The notes: generated by a model from the letters alone, not told the origin. DNA of 64,000 bases from Nitrosopumilus sp. (GCA_965214775.1 OZ243974.1:1312001-1376000), one strand, 5' to 3'; shown: positions 8,497 to 19,381, numbered from the stretch's first letter. Translations and numbers: made by a program.

Positions 8497-9126
8497 TTCT
8501 GCCCTAATAAGCTTGAATATGGCATTAATTATTGCCGAAGCTGACGGACTTCCACCCTTTCTGCCAAAATTCGTAATAAATGGCGTCTCTTCTAGTTCTG
8601 AGAGTTCTTCTTTTGATTCGGCAGCGCAAACAAAGCCTACGGGAACGCCGATGATCAATGCAGGCCTGACGATGCCCTCTTTTACCATCTTGATGACCTC
8701 CTGCAAGGCTGTGGGCGCATTGCCTATGGCCACAACCCCCCCGTCAATCTCTGGTTTTGCAACCCTCATTGATACCTGAGACCTTGTTTTTCCTTCTTTT
8801 TTTGCCAATTCCATAATTTCCGGCTTTGAGATGTTGCAAATTATATCGTTCCCAAAATCTTTTGGATTCTGCTTGTTCATGCCTCCGATTACTCCATTGA
8901 CATCTGCTACGATGCTGCATCCGTTTTTCAACGCGTTCATTCCGCTTTTGATTGCGTCTTTGTGGAAGATTATCCTGTTCTTATCGGCAAAATCAAAGTC
9001 TGCAGTGGAGTGAATTATTCTTCTGACTATCTGCCATTCTTTTTCATTATATGGGTGCGTCCCAATCTCATCCTCAATCATCTGCATGCTTGCATCTTCA
9101 ATAGACTGGCCCTTCCTAGACTGCAT
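8485..9126 (-). CDS. cbiC: Precorrin-8X methylmutase CbiC/CobH
   Basis: RRIIHSTADF, AIGNAPTAL, IGVPVGFV.AAESK and GRKGGS motifs; probable start 9126. Confidence 0.95.
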   Translation of the reverse strand: MQSRKGQSIEDASMQMIEDEIGTHPYNEKEWQIVRRIIHSTADFDFADKNRIIFHKDAIKSGMNALKNGCSIVADVNGVIGGMNKQNPKDFGNDIICNISKPEIMELAKKEGKTRSQVSMRVAKPEIDGGVVAIGNAPTALQEVIKMVKEGIVRPALIIGVPVGFVCAAESKEELSELEETPFITNFGRKGGSPSASAIINAIFKLIRAESGS

Positions 9127-9868
9127 CTTCAACCTCCTTGGCTCTTTCGACAATCAAGCCAATTATTTTTTCATCAGCCCCAATGTGTCTTGTAGTAAAC
9201 ACGTCTTTCAAACTTGAATCCTTTAGAGCTGGAATAAGATCGTTGTTGATATCGGTTTTTACATGTGCGCCTTCATGCAAGAAATAAAAGACAATTATCA
9301 GCACTTTTGGATCATCCTTTTCACATTTTTTAACGCCTTCAAAAATATCCGGCCGTTCGATTTCCAGCCAGCACCTGCTTACGTTCCTGTATTTGTCTTG
9401 CAATTCGTTTAGAATATAGTTCAATGACATTTGCGCATTAGGATCCTTGCTGCCATGACCGATAATCAATACGTCTATATCCTTTCTATCTAGTTCCACA
9501 TTATTCTCTTTCATGGTTGCCGAGATTCTATTCTCAACAATGTCTGCCAGGGTTTTATGCATGCTCATCGGCTTTGCGACTAGGAATTTTACATCGGTGT
9601 TTTTTTGTAGTTTCATGGCCTCTGTTACTGCGATCTTTACTTTTTTTCCCGGATACAAAAAATACGGGATTATGGTTAATGAATCGATATCTTCTTTGAG
9701 GCATTTTGAAATCCCGTCTTCGATGTATGGCGGTTCTACCTCTAAAAAGCAAAAATCTGTCAAAACATAGTCCCCTTGGGCCTTGATTCGGGCACAAATC
9801 GCCTCTAATTCCTCAGATGCCTCTCTTTGCCGGCTTCCTCTGTCAATAAGCAACAACCCCCGCCTCAA
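9116..9868 (-). CDS. cbiX: Sirohydrochlorin cobaltochelatase CbiX (two-domain)
   Basis: FLEVEPP.I, IIGHGSKDP and FLHEGAHVKTDI motifs. Confidence 0.9.
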   Translation of the reverse strand: MRRGLLLIDRGSRQREASEELEAICARIKAQGDYVLTDFCFLEVEPPYIEDGISKCLKEDIDSLTIIPYFLYPGKKVKIAVTEAMKLQKNTDVKFLVAKPMSMHKTLADIVENRISATMKENNVELDRKDIDVLIIGHGSKDPNAQMSLNYILNELQDKYRNVSRCWLEIERPDIFEGVKKCEKDDPKVLIIVFYFLHEGAHVKTDINNDLIPALKDSSLKDVFTTRHIGADEKIIGLIVERAKEVEDAV

Positions 9869-10920
9869 CTCTCTATCCTCGCTATAGCTACAGTCAGATT
9901 TGGAGGGAATTTCTGCTTTTCTACGATTAGTTTTCCATTTGACACTAGAATTGCTGCAGCTTCTGACACACTGGCAGTTCCCTCAAAGGCTTTAACTGTC
10001 TCAGAGGGGTTTGGTGCTGTAATTTCTGCCAATTCCTCCCTTTTGACATACTGAACTGGAACACCGATCTCTTTACCGGCGTCAATTAGGCCTTGGACGT
10101 CTCTTGGTCTTTTAATTGAGACTAGTCTTGCAATTGATTTGGGACTCAGTTTGAATTTCTTCAAACAAGAGTTTATTCCTTCCAAAATTGTTTCTTTAGG
10201 CGTGTCCTGGTGCAACCCAATTCCGATCACTAGACTTGGAGGTCTGTATATGACTGACTCTGTTGAAATTCCCCCCTCGATAATTTTATCTGAAATTATC
10301 AAATTCGCCTTTGATTTTGCCTCTTCTAATTTTTCCATGCTGGAATAAAGCGTCACATTTTTTGGCAATTCCTTTTTGTACCATTTCCTGTTTCCCACTT
10401 CTTGAAGTACGCCAATCGGTTCGCCATTTACCATATGGGCGCTAATTCTGGTGACTGCTGAATCACCGTCAATCTTCCACCCAAAGTCCCTTCCGACTAG
10501 ATCTACTGCAATTGTCTTGTTTACGTCTGCAGCAGTTGTGATTACTGCCTGTGCCTGTAATCTTTTGGCAATTTCTTCTGCCAGTCCATTTGCCCCCCCA
10601 ATGTGGCCCGACAAAACACTAATCACGAAATTTGTCTTGTCGTCAATTACAATTACGGCGGGATCCGTCTTCTTGTCTTTAAGATGCGGAGCAATTAATC
10701 GTATTACTGCACCTAGCGAAAACAAGCAGATCAGACCTTCGCTGTTCTTGAATAATTCTGCAATCTTTTCAGATGTGGGCTCTGAATACCATGAAATTGA
10801 TGGATTTTTGTTGGCAAATTTTTCTGGAACAAAAATTTCCCATTCTGGAAAAAGTTCCTTTAGCTTTTGTCCGATATTAATCCCGTTTTTTGTTATTGCA
10901 AGAACAGAGATCTTGTCCAT
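9865..10920 (-). CDS. cbiG: Cobalt-precorrin-5A hydrolase CbiG
   Basis: GAVIRLIAP.L.DKKTDPAVIVID, LSGHIGGAN, VITTA.D and SVSEAAA motifs. Confidence 0.93.
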   Translation of the reverse strand: MDKISVLAITKNGINIGQKLKELFPEWEIFVPEKFANKNPSISWYSEPTSEKIAELFKNSEGLICLFSLGAVIRLIAPHLKDKKTDPAVIVIDDKTNFVISVLSGHIGGANGLAEEIAKRLQAQAVITTAADVNKTIAVDLVGRDFGWKIDGDSAVTRISAHMVNGEPIGVLQEVGNRKWYKKELPKNVTLYSSMEKLEEAKSKANLIISDKIIEGGISTESVIYRPPSLVIGIGLHQDTPKETILEGINSCLKKFKLSPKSIARLVSIKRPRDVQGLIDAGKEIGVPVQYVKREELAEITAPNPSETVKAFEGTASVSEAAAILVSNGKLIVEKQKFPPNLTVAIARIES

Positions 10921-10967
10921 ATCAAAATTTTTGCTGTTTTGATAAAATACCTTACTCTCCGGCCATT

Positions 10968-11087
10968 CTTCTTCCCAGATGCCCCCATGCCCGTGACGGC
11001 GCAGACGGCGACGTACGGATCTGCAGGCATCATGATCTGAACCGTGTCAAATCTGGAACCGTTTTACGGGGGGCTTCTGGGAGGACT
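10968..11087. repeat. ~120-bp dispersed repeat / MITE, family E, copy 2 (overlaps the cbiD 3' end)
   Basis: Terminal IR cttcttcccagatgccccc / ggggggcttctgggaggact; homologous to 6365-6484. Confidence 0.62.
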
Positions 11088-12164
11088 GCCCTCCCTGCCC
11101 AAGACATTCCCTTCAAAATCAAACAGTATCACGTCTATGGGAACTTTTTCTTCACTATGATCTCTCATGTGCCTGTAGACCTCGCTGCAAATCAAATCAA
11201 AAAATCCCGCTATGTTGTTTTTTTGAATAATCTCTGAAACATGTCTTGCAGTATTTGCTTTTTTGATTTCTTTTATGACCCTTTCATCTGCGTCTACTTT
11301 TTTAGCCATGTCTGCAAGAAAGTTCATGTCTACTTTGGAGCCTTTCACATGAGTCTGTTTGACTCCTGCAGCCATTTTGGCAAGTTTTCCAATAAATCCG
11401 ACCACGTATGCCTTTTTGATGTTTTTCTTTCCACACTGCTGAATTGTATATCCTGCAAAATCACCCATTTGAACAAAACAATGTTCTGGAAGATCAACGA
11501 TTTTTCTTGCAAAATCCTCGCTTCTTCCGCCCGTAGTCAGAACAACTGTATCATTTCCCATGGCAATTGAAACGTCAAGATTCTGTCTGATTGATGCAGC
11601 ATATGATGCAGTTGAAAACGGAACTACAATCCCACTTGTTCCCAAAATTGAGATTCCATTTTTGATCCCAATTCTCGGATTGTCGGTTTTTGGCCCCAAT
11701 TCTCTGCCTTTTGGGACGGATATTACAATTTTGATCCCTTTGTCCCTTAGAACCTTGGCTCCAATCTCCCTCAGGTTTTCACCGATCATCTTTTTTGGGA
11801 CTGGGTTTATTGCAGGTCTGTTGATCTCCAGGCCTAATCCGGGTTTTGTCACTATTCCGACCCCTTCTCCCCCCTCGATCTCAATCTCGTTTTTATTTTC
11901 AGTAAAGGATAATTCGACAACTATCTCTGCACCATGAGTAACGTCAGGATCGTCTCCCCCGTCCTTGATTACGGAGCATTCAGCTCTGCTTTTGCCATAA
12001 TGACAGCTTTTCACGGGAATCCTTATTGTGCTCTTTTTTGGCAGTGTAATTTCAACCTCCTTGATCTCTTTTTGGTTGATAATGGACAACAATGCCGCTT
12101 TGGATGCTGCAGCAGCTGAACTGCCTGTGGTATAGCCGGTTCTCAGTTTTTTCCCTTCTGCCAC
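11064..12164 (-). CDS. cbiD: Cobalt-precorrin-5B C1-methyltransferase CbiD
   Basis: LRTGYTTGS.AAAA, KDGGDDPDVTHG, AINPVP and GISILGTSGIV.PFS motifs. Confidence 0.95.
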   Translation of the reverse strand: MAEGKKLRTGYTTGSSAAAASKAALLSIINQKEIKEVEITLPKKSTIRIPVKSCHYGKSRAECSVIKDGGDDPDVTHGAEIVVELSFTENKNEIEIEGGEGVGIVTKPGLGLEINRPAINPVPKKMIGENLREIGAKVLRDKGIKIVISVPKGRELGPKTDNPRIGIKNGISILGTSGIVVPFSTASYAASIRQNLDVSIAMGNDTVVLTTGGRSEDFARKIVDLPEHCFVQMGDFAGYTIQQCGKKNIKKAYVVGFIGKLAKMAAGVKQTHVKGSKVDMNFLADMAKKVDADERVIKEIKKANTARHVSEIIQKNNIAGFFDLICSEVYRHMRDHSEEKVPIDVILFDFEGNVLGREGSPPRSPP

Positions 12165-12253
12165 AGACTGACTTGTGAAATTACTGTATTAACTCTTGTT
12201 TGCCCTGTTTTTGTCTGAATAGATTTAAAATAAAAAAACTGTTCAAGACTCGT

Positions 12254-13126
12254 GTGGAAAAACCCCTTCAAATAGTCATTACCGGAGCCACCGGATTTGT
12301 TGCAAAAAATCTCAGAAAATACCTGTCTGAATCCAACAACACATCCCTGATTTCGATATCTAGGAGAAATTTCAGCACTTTCAGAGACGAAACCAAAATC
12401 ATTTCAAAAACATACTCGGAAAAATCCCTGCTTTCCAGAATTGCCAATTCTGATGCCCTTGTTCATCTGGCAGGAATTGGAAAGCAGTCCTCTACAAATT
12501 CCTTTGATTCAATTAATGTAAACCTTACACAACATGTGGTAAACCTAGCAAAAAAGGCCAGGATCAAAAAGCTGGTTTTTCTGAGCGGATTGGGGGTCTC
12601 GCCAAACTCGTCTACCGGATATTTCATATCCAAGCTACGGGCAGAAAATCATATTAGAGATTCTCGAGTAAACTTTACAATCTTTCGCCCGTCCTACATT
12701 GTGGGAAAAGACGATCATTTTACAAAATACCTCAAAAAATGCGTAAAAAACAAATCGGTTCAAATTCCAGGTTCTGGAAAATACCAAATTCAGCCTGTTT
12801 ACATCAACGATGTTACAAGGCTAATCTTAAATTCCATAAAAGAAGAAAAATTCAGCAACAAAATCATTGATCTTGTCGGGCCAGACGTCATTACTTTTGA
12901 AAAATACGTCAGACTCTTTCTAAATGGCTCTAAAACGAAAATTTCCTGCATTGATCTGGAAAAGGCCTACAATCTTGCAATTAGAAGCTCTAAATCTGAT
13001 TACGGTGTGGATGATTTGAATATTCTGGTTGGAAACTTCGTTGGAAGCCACAAAAAACTGCGCAAGTTGTCTGATGAAAAGTTCCAATCAGTAGTCAGTC
13101 TGTTAAAGACCGGCGCCCTGCTTTAA
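12254..13126 (+). CDS. NAD-dependent epimerase/dehydratase (atypical SDR, NDUFA9-like)
   Basis: [25 protein letters not shown] and FRPSYIVG motifs; probable GTG start 12254. Confidence 0.85.
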   Translation: MEKPLQIVITGATGFVAKNLRKYLSESNNTSLISISRRNFSTFRDETKIISKTYSEKSLLSRIANSDALVHLAGIGKQSSTNSFDSINVNLTQHVVNLAKKARIKKLVFLSGLGVSPNSSTGYFISKLRAENHIRDSRVNFTIFRPSYIVGKDDHFTKYLKKCVKNKSVQIPGSGKYQIQPVYINDVTRLILNSIKEEKFSNKIIDLVGPDVITFEKYVRLFLNGSKTKISCIDLEKAYNLAIRSSKSDYGVDDLNILVGNFVGSHKKLRKLSDEKFQSVVSLLKTGALL

Positions 13127-14269
13127 CGAATCGGCCTTGTCTGTCTTTTCCCAACTGAATTCAGGCTCGTTTCTTCCAAAATGACCGTAGGAAGCCGTCT
13201 TTTTGTAAATCGGCCTTTTCAGATCTAGCGTTGAGATGATTCCCGAGGGCCTCATGTCGAAATTCTTTCTGACCAAGTCTTCGATCTGGTTTTCTGGAAT
13301 CTTGTTTGTTCCAAAAGTGTTTACGTATAATGATACCGGTTCTGCCACACCAATGGCATAAGCCAGCTGCACTTCGCATCTGTCAGCCAATTCTGCGGCA
13401 ACCAAATTTTTTGCAATGTATCTGGACATGTAGCATGCTGACCTGTCTACTTTGGACGGATCTTTTCCTGAAAAGGCCCCCCCGCCATGCCTTCCAAATC
13501 CCCCATAGGTATCAACGATAATCTTTCTGCCGGTCAATCCTGCATCTCCGTGCGGGCCTCCGATCACAAATTTGCCAGTAGGGTTGATGTGAACCTTGAT
13601 CTCTTCGTTCCACAACTCTCCCAAAACCGGTTTGATTACCCTGTCTGTTATTTCTCTTTGAATCTCTTCCTGGCAGGTTTCTTGGGAATGCTGAGTTGAC
13701 ACAACAACTGTCTCAATCTTTGTTGGCTTGTTATCCTCATATCTTACAGAAACCTGTGATTTTCCATCCGGTCTTACCCATGGCAGCGTCTTGTCCCTCC
13801 TTACTTGGGATAATTTTTGGATTAGTTTATGTGCAAACAAAATAGGCATTGGCATGAGTTCCTTCGTTTCATTAGTTGCATAACCGAACATCAATCCCTG
13901 ATCTCCGGCGCCCTGCTCTCTGTCTTTGGTAGCTGTAACGCCCTGACTGATGTCCGGACTCTGCGAATGCAGTCTCAGATTTACCTGGCAAGAGTCGGCA
14001 TCAAACATCATGTCCTTGTTGTCATATCCTATCTCTCTGATTGTTCTCCTGACCAGCTCTTCTTGCGCTTTTTGATCCAAATTTGCCTTTGATGTGACTT
14101 CGCCTGACACGGCTACAAAGTCAGTCGTTACCATTGTTTCGACTGCTACCCTGGAATCAGGATCCTGCCTTAGGAATTCATCTAAAAAAGCGTCTGAAAT
14201 ATTGTCGCAAACTTTGTCTGGATGGCCTTCGGTAACCGATTCGGACGTAAACAGGAAACTATTTGTCAT
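13103..14269 (-). CDS. metK: S-adenosylmethionine synthetase, bacterial/eukaryal type
   Basis: [33 protein letters not shown] and GGGAFSGKD motifs. Confidence 0.97.
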   Translation of the reverse strand: MTNSFLFTSESVTEGHPDKVCDNISDAFLDEFLRQDPDSRVAVETMVTTDFVAVSGEVTSKANLDQKAQEELVRRTIREIGYDNKDMMFDADSCQVNLRLHSQSPDISQGVTATKDREQGAGDQGLMFGYATNETKELMPMPILFAHKLIQKLSQVRRDKTLPWVRPDGKSQVSVRYEDNKPTKIETVVVSTQHSQETCQEEIQREITDRVIKPVLGELWNEEIKVHINPTGKFVIGGPHGDAGLTGRKIIVDTYGGFGRHGGGAFSGKDPSKVDRSACYMSRYIAKNLVAAELADRCEVQLAYAIGVAEPVSLYVNTFGTNKIPENQIEDLVRKNFDMRPSGIISTLDLKRPIYKKTASYGHFGRNEPEFSWEKTDKADSLKQGAGL

Positions 14270-14283
14270 AAAAATCACCCGCA

Positions 14284-14532
14284 CTAGAGCTCGTTTTCTA
14301 GTTTGATAAACAGCACATTGTTGCCTCTCACAATAACCCTGCCATAATTTGCAATGGTCTTGCCTTCATGCAGTTCCTCGGCATCTGTCATGATCAAATT
14401 CATGTACGAATCAACATTGTCCATCTTTCCTTTGTATTCGACTTCGTTCTTCAGTCTGACTGTAACCTTCTTTTTTGTACTTTTTTGAAGAGTTGTTAAA
14501 GGTCTTTTTGCGCTGCTTGATTGAGACACCAA
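14284..14532 (-). CDS. Sm-like (Lsm/SmAP) protein
   Basis: Sm1/Sm2 motifs [11 protein letters not shown]....D.YMNL...DAEE and RGNNV. Confidence 0.92.
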   Translation of the reverse strand: MVSQSSSAKRPLTTLQKSTKKKVTVRLKNEVEYKGKMDNVDSYMNLIMTDAEELHEGKTIANYGRVIVRGNNVLFIKLENEL

Positions 14533-14586
14533 TTATTCACTTGTTTTGGAACTTTGTTCTCTAGAATAAAAGCCTTACCTCGCAAT

Positions 14587-15832
14587 CAGTAGTTCCGATT
14601 GTGGCCTGAAAATAAGGCAAATTGACAGATTTTTATGATCACTTGGATCTATAGGGGGAACTTTTAGCAATTTCTCCATGACAAAAAGTGCCAGGGCCGC
14701 TCAAAAGCCGTACGGACACAGGGAGCGCAAGATGTTCCAGAACGCCGTCTCGGCAGTAGGCATGAAGTTCTCTGACAGACACAACGCAATATACGATGAA
14801 ACGGATGCAGCTGCGCTTCTGGCAACGATGTCCAAGGAGCGCATGTGCGCAGAACAGGCCGCAGAGATACTCCGGGACTCTGCAGGCCGCAGCCCCGGCG
14901 CCGACTGGCTGCTTGGCAAGCTGGGCCAGGTGGACTATGAGACGATGCACAAGAGGGCCGACAAGATCCTGCGCAGGACCGTCACAGACTCCATCAAAGG
15001 TGGCCTGATTGGAAAATCCCCGATCATAGCCATCGACAAGACCAAGATCCCGCGGTACGACCGCAATCCGGACATGACCCACAAGATAAAGTACAGGGGG
15101 CCGGGCACCCGCACGGCTGAGGCATACATCACTGCAAGAACAGTAGGACAAAAGCACCAGACGCACCTTGCGTGCCTTCCGGTGACCAGGGACGCGTTTA
15201 ACCCCGAATTCGTGCGTAAATTGCTGCAAACCATCAAGAGAATGCACATCAGGCCGCAGATGGTCCTGATGGACAAGGAGTTTTACTCAGTTGACGTACT
15301 CAACACGATAAATAATGCAGGATTGCGGTTCATGACTCCTGCAGTATGCACCAAGGGAGTTGAGAGGGCCATACAGGAGCACATAGACGGGCACAGGGAT
15401 GCAGTCAGCAAGTATACCATATCCTCTGGCAGCAGCAAGATAAGATGCAACCTGATAATACTGGAAAGGGAGGATAAAAACAAGAAAAAGTTCCACATCG
15501 CCTTTGTCACCAACATGACCAACTGCATGCCGGAGGATTTGTTTGAGCTTCCCGAGGAGTACCGCAAGAGGTGGGGAATAGAGACCGGATACCGGGACGT
15601 CAAGAGGGCCATGCCGCGCACCTGCAGTCGGAACGATGCCATAAGACTCATACTGTTCTACCTGTCGCTTGGAATGTCTAACATCTGGATGATCGCAAGA
15701 TCATGGTGCAAAAAAAAGAAGATCAAGCTCAAGGTGCTGCTTGCCCGGATTATAAGATGGTGTATGAGACCATGGAACAAAAAGCCCCCCGATCCGGGCT
15801 AGGGCAGGCCGGGGTCACAATCGGAACTACTG
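14587..15832 (+). mobile_element. ISH3/IS4-like insertion sequence, intact copy
   Basis: Perfect 17-bp TIR cagtagttccgattgtg; 5-bp TSD gcaat at 14582-14586 and 15833-15837. Confidence 0.93.
14678..15802 (+). CDS. DDE transposase (ISH3/IS4-like)
   Basis: IAIDKT, LMDKEFYS and Y.KRWGIETGYR.VK (YREK-type) motifs. Confidence 0.9.
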   Translation: MTKSARAAQKPYGHRERKMFQNAVSAVGMKFSDRHNAIYDETDAAALLATMSKERMCAEQAAEILRDSAGRSPGADWLLGKLGQVDYETMHKRADKILRRTVTDSIKGGLIGKSPIIAIDKTKIPRYDRNPDMTHKIKYRGPGTRTAEAYITARTVGQKHQTHLACLPVTRDAFNPEFVRKLLQTIKRMHIRPQMVLMDKEFYSVDVLNTINNAGLRFMTPAVCTKGVERAIQEHIDGHRDAVSKYTISSGSSKIRCNLIILEREDKNKKKFHIAFVTNMTNCMPEDLFELPEEYRKRWGIETGYRDVKRAMPRTCSRNDAIRLILFYLSLGMSNIWMIARSWCKKKKIKLKVLLARIIRWCMRPWNKKPPDPG

Positions 15833-15890
15833 GCAATAATCTCGGTTCCAAACCCCTTAAATTTTTTCTTGTTTTTCTAGTAATTGCCGC

Positions 15891-16544
15891 ATGATTTCAA
15901 CTGGAATTCAAAAATTAGATGGACTTTTGTCAGGAGGAATTCCTCCGGGAATCCTGGTGGATGTTTTTGGAGCAAACAGTACGGGCAAAACCCAATTTTT
16001 AATGCAATTGTGCATTTCGTGCATTATAAACGGCGGGAGGGTATTGTACGTTGACACAACAGGAAATTTCAGGCCTGAACGAGTAATTGGGCTGCAAAAA
16101 AAATTTAATTCAGTCTCGGTCCCCCTCACACAAATCTCCGTTTCTAGAGTCACAAACACCCATGAACAGATTAATTCATTAAAATTTTTTGATACCAGCT
16201 ATTCACTTGTTGTTATTGACAACATTACAGATCTTTTTTCATATGAATACCAAAAAGAGGAACACGTTTATGAAAAAAATTCAGCATTCATGAAATACAT
16301 GAACAGTCTATCAAAATTTTCCTCAACAAATAAAATTCCCGTTGTATTGACAAATATGGTTAGAGCAATAGACGGAAATGAAATTGAAAACATGAAAGCT
16401 GCAATCAGCCCCTACACTCATGTCAAAATTCATCTGTTAAAAAGAACGAAATCCTATTCTGGAACAGTTTATTGGGCTTTAAATCAAAACTCGTTTAATT
16501 ATCAAATTCACGAATTGGGACTGTCTGATGCTGAAGATATTTAA
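15891..16544 (+). CDS. RecA/RadA-superfamily ATPase (RadB-like paralogue lacking the N-terminal domain)
   Basis: ISTGIQKLDGLLSGGIPPG, GANSTGKTQ, LYVDT..NFRPER and VVIDNI motifs. Confidence 0.85.
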   Translation: MISTGIQKLDGLLSGGIPPGILVDVFGANSTGKTQFLMQLCISCIINGGRVLYVDTTGNFRPERVIGLQKKFNSVSVPLTQISVSRVTNTHEQINSLKFFDTSYSLVVIDNITDLFSYEYQKEEHVYEKNSAFMKYMNSLSKFSSTNKIPVVLTNMVRAIDGNEIENMKAAISPYTHVKIHLLKRTKSYSGTVYWALNQNSFNYQIHELGLSDAEDI

Positions 16545-16566
16545 CATCCTAATCTAAATACCATCA

Positions 16567-16686
16567 ATGGCTGGAATTTTTGATTCTATACCAATTATTA
16601 CAGTTGCGTTGTTTGCACTTGGCCTAGTCGGTGTAATTGTTTATGAAAGATCGCGCTCAAACCCGACAGAAGAACCGGATTCTTGA
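16567..16686 (+). CDS. Putative 39-aa single-pass membrane protein (not in the ORF track)
   Basis: ATG..TGA frame encoding MAGIFDSIPIITVALFALGLVGVIVYERSRSNPTEEPDS, with one hydrophobic helix; AT-rich tttaac about 25 bp upstream. Confidence 0.55.
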   Translation: MAGIFDSIPIITVALFALGLVGVIVYERSRSNPTEEPDS

Positions 16687-19381
16687 TTCGTTGTTTGGGG
16701 ATTTTGGGTTTTCAAAACTTACTGAAATCCAACACAAGGCTTCACCCAAAATCCTACAAAAAAAAGATTGCCTAGTCATTGCCCCAACCGGTTCTGGGAA
16801 AACAGAGTGCTCTGTAATCCCGATCTTTTCGCTGTTGAAAAAGTCAAAGCAGCCTGGAAAAATAAAAGCACTATACATCACACCGTTACGTGCATTGAAT
16901 AGAGACGTATTTAGAAGAATTACAAAATATGCCCATTCCAACGGCTTGAGAATTGAAATTAGACATGGTGATACGTCCCAAAAGGACAGAAAGAGGATCA
17001 CTGAAAATCCCCCGGATGTCCTGATTACGACTCCTGAGACCCTGGTAATCTTACTGACTCAAGTCAAAATGCTAGATGCGTTGTCTGAGCTTGAATGGGT
17101 TGTTGTAGACGAAGTCCATGAGTTGTTGTCCAGCGAGCGAGGCTCACAGCTTTCTCTGAGCATGGAACGCCTGGAATTTAATTCAAGGTTCCCTCTGACA
17201 AAAATTGGCTTGTCTGCAACTGTGGGTAATTTTGATGAAGCGGCAAAATTTGTCGTAGGCACAAAAAGAACCTGTGAAATTATCAGAGATACGTCTGTCA
17301 GAAGGTATGACGTTGAAATAAAGTTCGTAGACGGGTCCATTTCTGACGTTGCACAAGGCATCGTTGACTATGTCACCGAATTGGATCTAGGCTCACCGAT
17401 TCTTTTGTTTGCCAATACCCGCGGGGAATCTGAGTTTTTAGCATCTGTCTTGAAGGAAAAATCCCCCATCCCTATCGAACTGCATCACGGTTCACTGTCC
17501 AAGGAAGTTAGGGAGGAGGCCGAACTATCGCTGCGTGAGGGCAAACAAGGGATTGTTGTGTGCACCTCTTCACTCGAATTGGGGCTGGATATTGGTTCTG
17601 TCGAACTAGTCATTCATTACGGCTCGCCAAGACAAGTTTCAAAATTTGTACAAAGAATTGGCAGAAGCAGGCACAACCGCGATGCCTCTGCAAAGGGACT
17701 GATAATAACCAATAATTCTGATGATGAGTTTGAAGCACGGGCAATTCTGAACCGAATTCAAGAGGGATCAATCGAGGAACAAAAGATTCATGACAAATCA
17801 TTAGACGTTCTTGCGCATCATCTGGTGGGCTTGACAATGCAAGTTGGGGAAATTCGGGTGGACAAGGCACATGATCTAGTAACAAAGGCATTTCCATTTA
17901 GAAATCTAAAGCTAGATGAGCTGATTGACGTGCTTGACTTGCTTGATTCAAACTATCTGATATTCTTTGATAGATCTAAAATGACCTTTTGGAAGAAGGG
18001 GCGCTCTTTCAAATACTATTTTGAGAACCTGTCTACCATTCCTGACATCTTAAAATTCAAGGTCTTTGACAGTGTTGGAAAAAAAATTATCGGCTCATTG
18101 GATCAGCGATTTGTTGGGGATCATGGAGACTCTGGAAATATTTTCGTCTTGAAGGGCTCTCAATGGAGAATCCTAAACACGGATGAAAAATCCTTTACCG
18201 TAAATGTCGAACCGTTCAGAGGCGGGGGAATAACAGTCCCGTATTGGGAGGGTGAAAATATTCCAATTGACCACAAAACTGCCAGAGGGGTTGGCCAATT
18301 TCGAACCAAAGTCAAAAGCGGTTCCATACGATTGTCCAACAAACTGATAGAAAATTTGCAGTTTGGGCAAGTCCCTGATGAGGACCACATCGTTGTCGAA
18401 TCGAACCGATCACATGGCTCAATCGTAGTTCATTCGTGTTTTGGCACAAAAATCAACTCTACGCTATCTGCGTTATTGTCCTCCATGTTGTCCTCGCTAC
18501 TGGGCTCTGTTGTTGATTCCCGCTCAGATGCATATAGAATCGCACTGTCCTGCAGCTCCAGAATTGCCGAAAAGTTATTCCTTAAAGTTTTAAAAGACGA
18601 CTATGATTTATCCTCGATTGTAAGTGCGTCTCTTGCAGGCACTCACAATGTAAACTGGCGAACCTGGTGTGTTGCAAAAAAATTTGGAATTGTAGGACGC
18701 GGGGCAGTTTATGAAAGACGGTCTGCAAGATTTCTTTACGAGAGATATTCCAAGACTTCTCTTGTGCAGGAGGCATTGCGAGAACTCTTTCATGACAAGT
18801 ACGATCTGGAAAACTGTAAAAATCTGCTAGAAAGCATCAGAGAGGAGAAAACAAGCATTCAATGGATGGAAGTTGACAAATTCTCTAAACTTGCCGAGCC
18901 GATCTTGGATCATACGGCAAGGTATTATTCATCCCCGGCAAATCTTGACAAGGGAATCCTCAATCTGGTGAAATCTAGGCTTGGCAAAACAAAACACCGT
19001 CTGGTCTGTGCCAGGTGTGGAAAATGGGAACGCGTCGTTCAAACAAACGAGGTCCCAAGATTAATCTGTCATTATTGCAAGGGACGCCAGATAACTGCAA
19101 CCTTCTATTCGGATTATGATCTGCCAAAAATTATCCGTAAAAAACACGAGGGCAAAAAACTCACACCTGATGAACGGCGCAAGTTTGATCGTGCCTGGAA
19201 GGTATCTTCCTTGATAGAAAATTTTGGAAAAACTGCAATTGTTGTAATGTCCGGTTATGGCGTGGGTGCTGATACGGCTGCACGAATTCTAAGGAACATG
19301 GTTGACGAGGAACATCTTTTCAAGCAAATCTATGAAGCTGAACGGCAATATGTGGTTACCAGGGGTTTTTGGGACTCTTAG
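16637..19381 (+). CDS. lhr: Lhr-family SF2 helicase
   Basis: APTGSGKT, YITPLRALNRD, DEVHE, GLSAT, SSLELGLDIG, QRIGRS motifs and C-terminal CARC..CHYC. Exact start uncertain. Confidence 0.92.
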   Translation: MFMKDRAQTRQKNRILDSLFGDFGFSKLTEIQHKASPKILQKKDCLVIAPTGSGKTECSVIPIFSLLKKSKQPGKIKALYITPLRALNRDVFRRITKYAHSNGLRIEIRHGDTSQKDRKRITENPPDVLITTPETLVILLTQVKMLDALSELEWVVVDEVHELLSSERGSQLSLSMERLEFNSRFPLTKIGLSATVGNFDEAAKFVVGTKRTCEIIRDTSVRRYDVEIKFVDGSISDVAQGIVDYVTELDLGSPILLFANTRGESEFLASVLKEKSPIPIELHHGSLSKEVREEAELSLREGKQGIVVCTSSLELGLDIGSVELVIHYGSPRQVSKFVQRIGRSRHNRDASAKGLIITNNSDDEFEARAILNRIQEGSIEEQKIHDKSLDVLAHHLVGLTMQVGEIRVDKAHDLVTKAFPFRNLKLDELIDVLDLLDSNYLIFFDRSKMTFWKKGRSFKYYFENLSTIPDILKFKVFDSVGKKIIGSLDQRFVGDHGDSGNIFVLKGSQWRILNTDEKSFTVNVEPFRGGGITVPYWEGENIPIDHKTARGVGQFRTKVKSGSIRLSNKLIENLQFGQVPDEDHIVVESNRSHGSIVVHSCFGTKINSTLSALLSSMLSSLLGSVVDSRSDAYRIALSCSSRIAEKLFLKVLKDDYDLSSIVSASLAGTHNVNWRTWCVAKKFGIVGRGAVYERRSARFLYERYSKTSLVQEALRELFHDKYDLENCKNLLESIREEKTSIQWMEVDKFSKLAEPILDHTARYYSSPANLDKGILNLVKSRLGKTKHRLVCARCGKWERVVQTNEVPRLICHYCKGRQITATFYSDYDLPKIIRKKHEGKKLTPDERRKFDRAWKVSSLIENFGKTAIVVMSGYGVGADTAARILRNMVDEEHLFKQIYEAERQYVVTRGFWDS

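Noticed and set aside
10921-11087. Cobalamin riboswitch upstream of cbiG
   Set aside because: The conserved B12-element motifs were not recognisable; the segment has terminal IRs and a second copy, more like a MITE.
13103-14269. Bacterial-type MetK (and dnaK-dnaJ-grpE) as a recent horizontal acquisition
   Set aside because: Host-like composition, and to my knowledge these are standard features of this archaeal lineage.
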